DNA from: a virus
Taxonomy: Duplodnaviria; Caudoviricetes
IMG/VR virus record: IMGVR_UViG_3300010362_000060
Coordinates: 1 to 34,733 of that record
Length of the DNA stretch: 34,733 bases
Direction: 5' to 3' (one strand)
In this document: in pieces, positions 34,401 to 34,733 of the stretch
Layout of the letters: every line of letters begins with the position of its first letter
Numbering within the stretch: the stretch's first letter is position 1
Position numbers and translations under genes: made by a program
Notes under the pieces: generated by a model
Seen by the model: the letters and a program-made list of their open reading frames with translations, nothing else
Told to the model about the DNA's origin: nothing
The model's database searches: none

Positions 34401-34733
34401 GCGCCAGCAGTTGATCGACCAGGTCACCGCGCTGGGCCTGACCAACGAGCAGGCCACCGCCCTGGTCGACACGTACGGGCTCACCCCCACCTCGATCGTC
34501 ACCACCTTCACCCAGGCCAACATGGACGACGCCCAGAAGGAGGCGTTGCAGCTCGACGAGAACCTGAACGGCATCCCGGACTCGATCGAGACGATCATCT
34601 CGATGCCCGGGATCACCCAGGCGCAGAAGAACGCCCTGCTGCTCGACCAGGACCTGGACCAGATCCCCGACGTGATCGACACCGAGGTGACGACCCCCGG
34701 GCTGAAGGAGGTGCGGGCGGCGATCCAGGGCTA
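31483..34733 (+). CDS. Tape measure protein (truncated by the window end)
   Basis: SD GGAGG, ATG at 31483 (MAGRSIGRVEVSVDADTGKL...); frame appears open to the end; Ala/Leu/Gly-rich helical repeats; follows the chaperone pair. Confidence 0.9.
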   Translation, partial: MAGRSIGRVEVSVDADTGKLKAQIVKASEEAGEAGGEAIEEGLADVNGREVVNKIKKIRAEIQQELRGLDVDVGVDDANARADLRRLQAQLRALQLSLDVVPGVDQTKVLEEIVQLRERIAKLLKVSTKVELDQRTVTEVNAAVQALIDEHVTVHVEPEVDDAQAAAAMARLRAQAETAGSSSGGGFMQAFSGALFDQEKLAAAAIGLLGNDIAILLQGAVAASVAVVSSAFGALTAAIGAALPLIASLIPALGAVVVGFQGMGDALGAVTKGFKEATAAGQAFDITSISDQLQGLAPAARAFVEEFARIFPQLQAIQQQVQGALFANLDAALGELATTTIPSIGQALTVAAESINTFFLKIAQASEGIDFGGLIEDLQPAIDAVGDALVSLFQSFAPFIEAATPAAQRLAESFRAAADGLREMIESGLQSGAINDFLQRGLDSLKQWAALAKATADALFTLFSAGQAQGDSFVKSLTNIISKFDAWMESATGQTALQDFFRQGADTLKALLPILQGAQGLFDNLVTEDSIARFTLLADSLGRVLPFLGQLLDITGRVGIVSTFVELLARIGEALQPAIPALQDLADAIGFALITALDAITPLLDGLGPIIGNLATSIKPLLPVIADLETRLIKMITPALIDALIAFADAFGALVPIAIELLADFQPVIDVFGEQLAAALEAVTPLLQLLADILEALLPVVEALETPLRVLADAVGLVTLPMTALGKGIEFAGSKLHDVFTPELDASTDASLALNRRIRELGNEEGRFRNQVDAMAGAQKQQAAQTEAATEAWVAYAKGIIAAAKAQEAANVAAERNRVHIEALRDRLEELNTAGSDVIDPLERAGFAFDAAAGAAKRAADDAERLQQVFEDFIDPALNAQEAARNMAQEFADFGETIKGLIEENALADIVTQTDEATAAINLNTQAGRDFAQGLEDRIKVIEDSTTATIGMVDAQTGLAKSGGQAAREMVLLRQQLIDQVTALGLTNEQATALVDTYGLTPTSIVTTFTQANMDDAQKEALQLDENLNGIPDSIETIISMPGITQAQKNALLLDQDLDQIPDVIDTEVTTPGLKEVRAAIQG

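Overview
The window is part of a high-GC tailed-phage (siphovirus-like) genome, most likely from an actinobacteriophage or prophage. Two units diverge from a control region at about 15.7-16.5 kb. The minus-strand unit (1-15.6 kb) starts at a near-consensus TTGACG-N17-TAGGCT promoter and holds about 35 mostly small genes, including an AAA+ ATPase, a tandem-HTH protein, an XRE regulator, a DUF3846-like protein and many Cys/Zn-type proteins. The plus-strand unit (16.5 kb to the end) holds four RHH-like proteins, terminase subunits, portal, a MuF/protease fusion, two capsid proteins, major tail, adaptor, collagen fibre, terminator/neck proteins, frameshifted tail chaperones and a tape measure gene that runs off the window. 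The most notable feature is non-coding. Nine genes at 10.4-14.9 kb are each preceded by a module: a 12-bp covarying minihelix (loop mostly UUCGCC), RCUC, a second hairpin, and a shared start sequence GGAA(A)CAGACCA(A)UG. Just downstream of this block is a 78-nt tRNA-like cloverleaf (9369-9446) whose 'anticodon' arm is antisense to that shared start sequence (up to 17/17 nt). I infer a tRNA-mimic processing and antisense shut-off circuit for early genes. No integrase, polymerase or lysis genes were recognised. All protein family calls come from motif recognition by eye, not from database searches.
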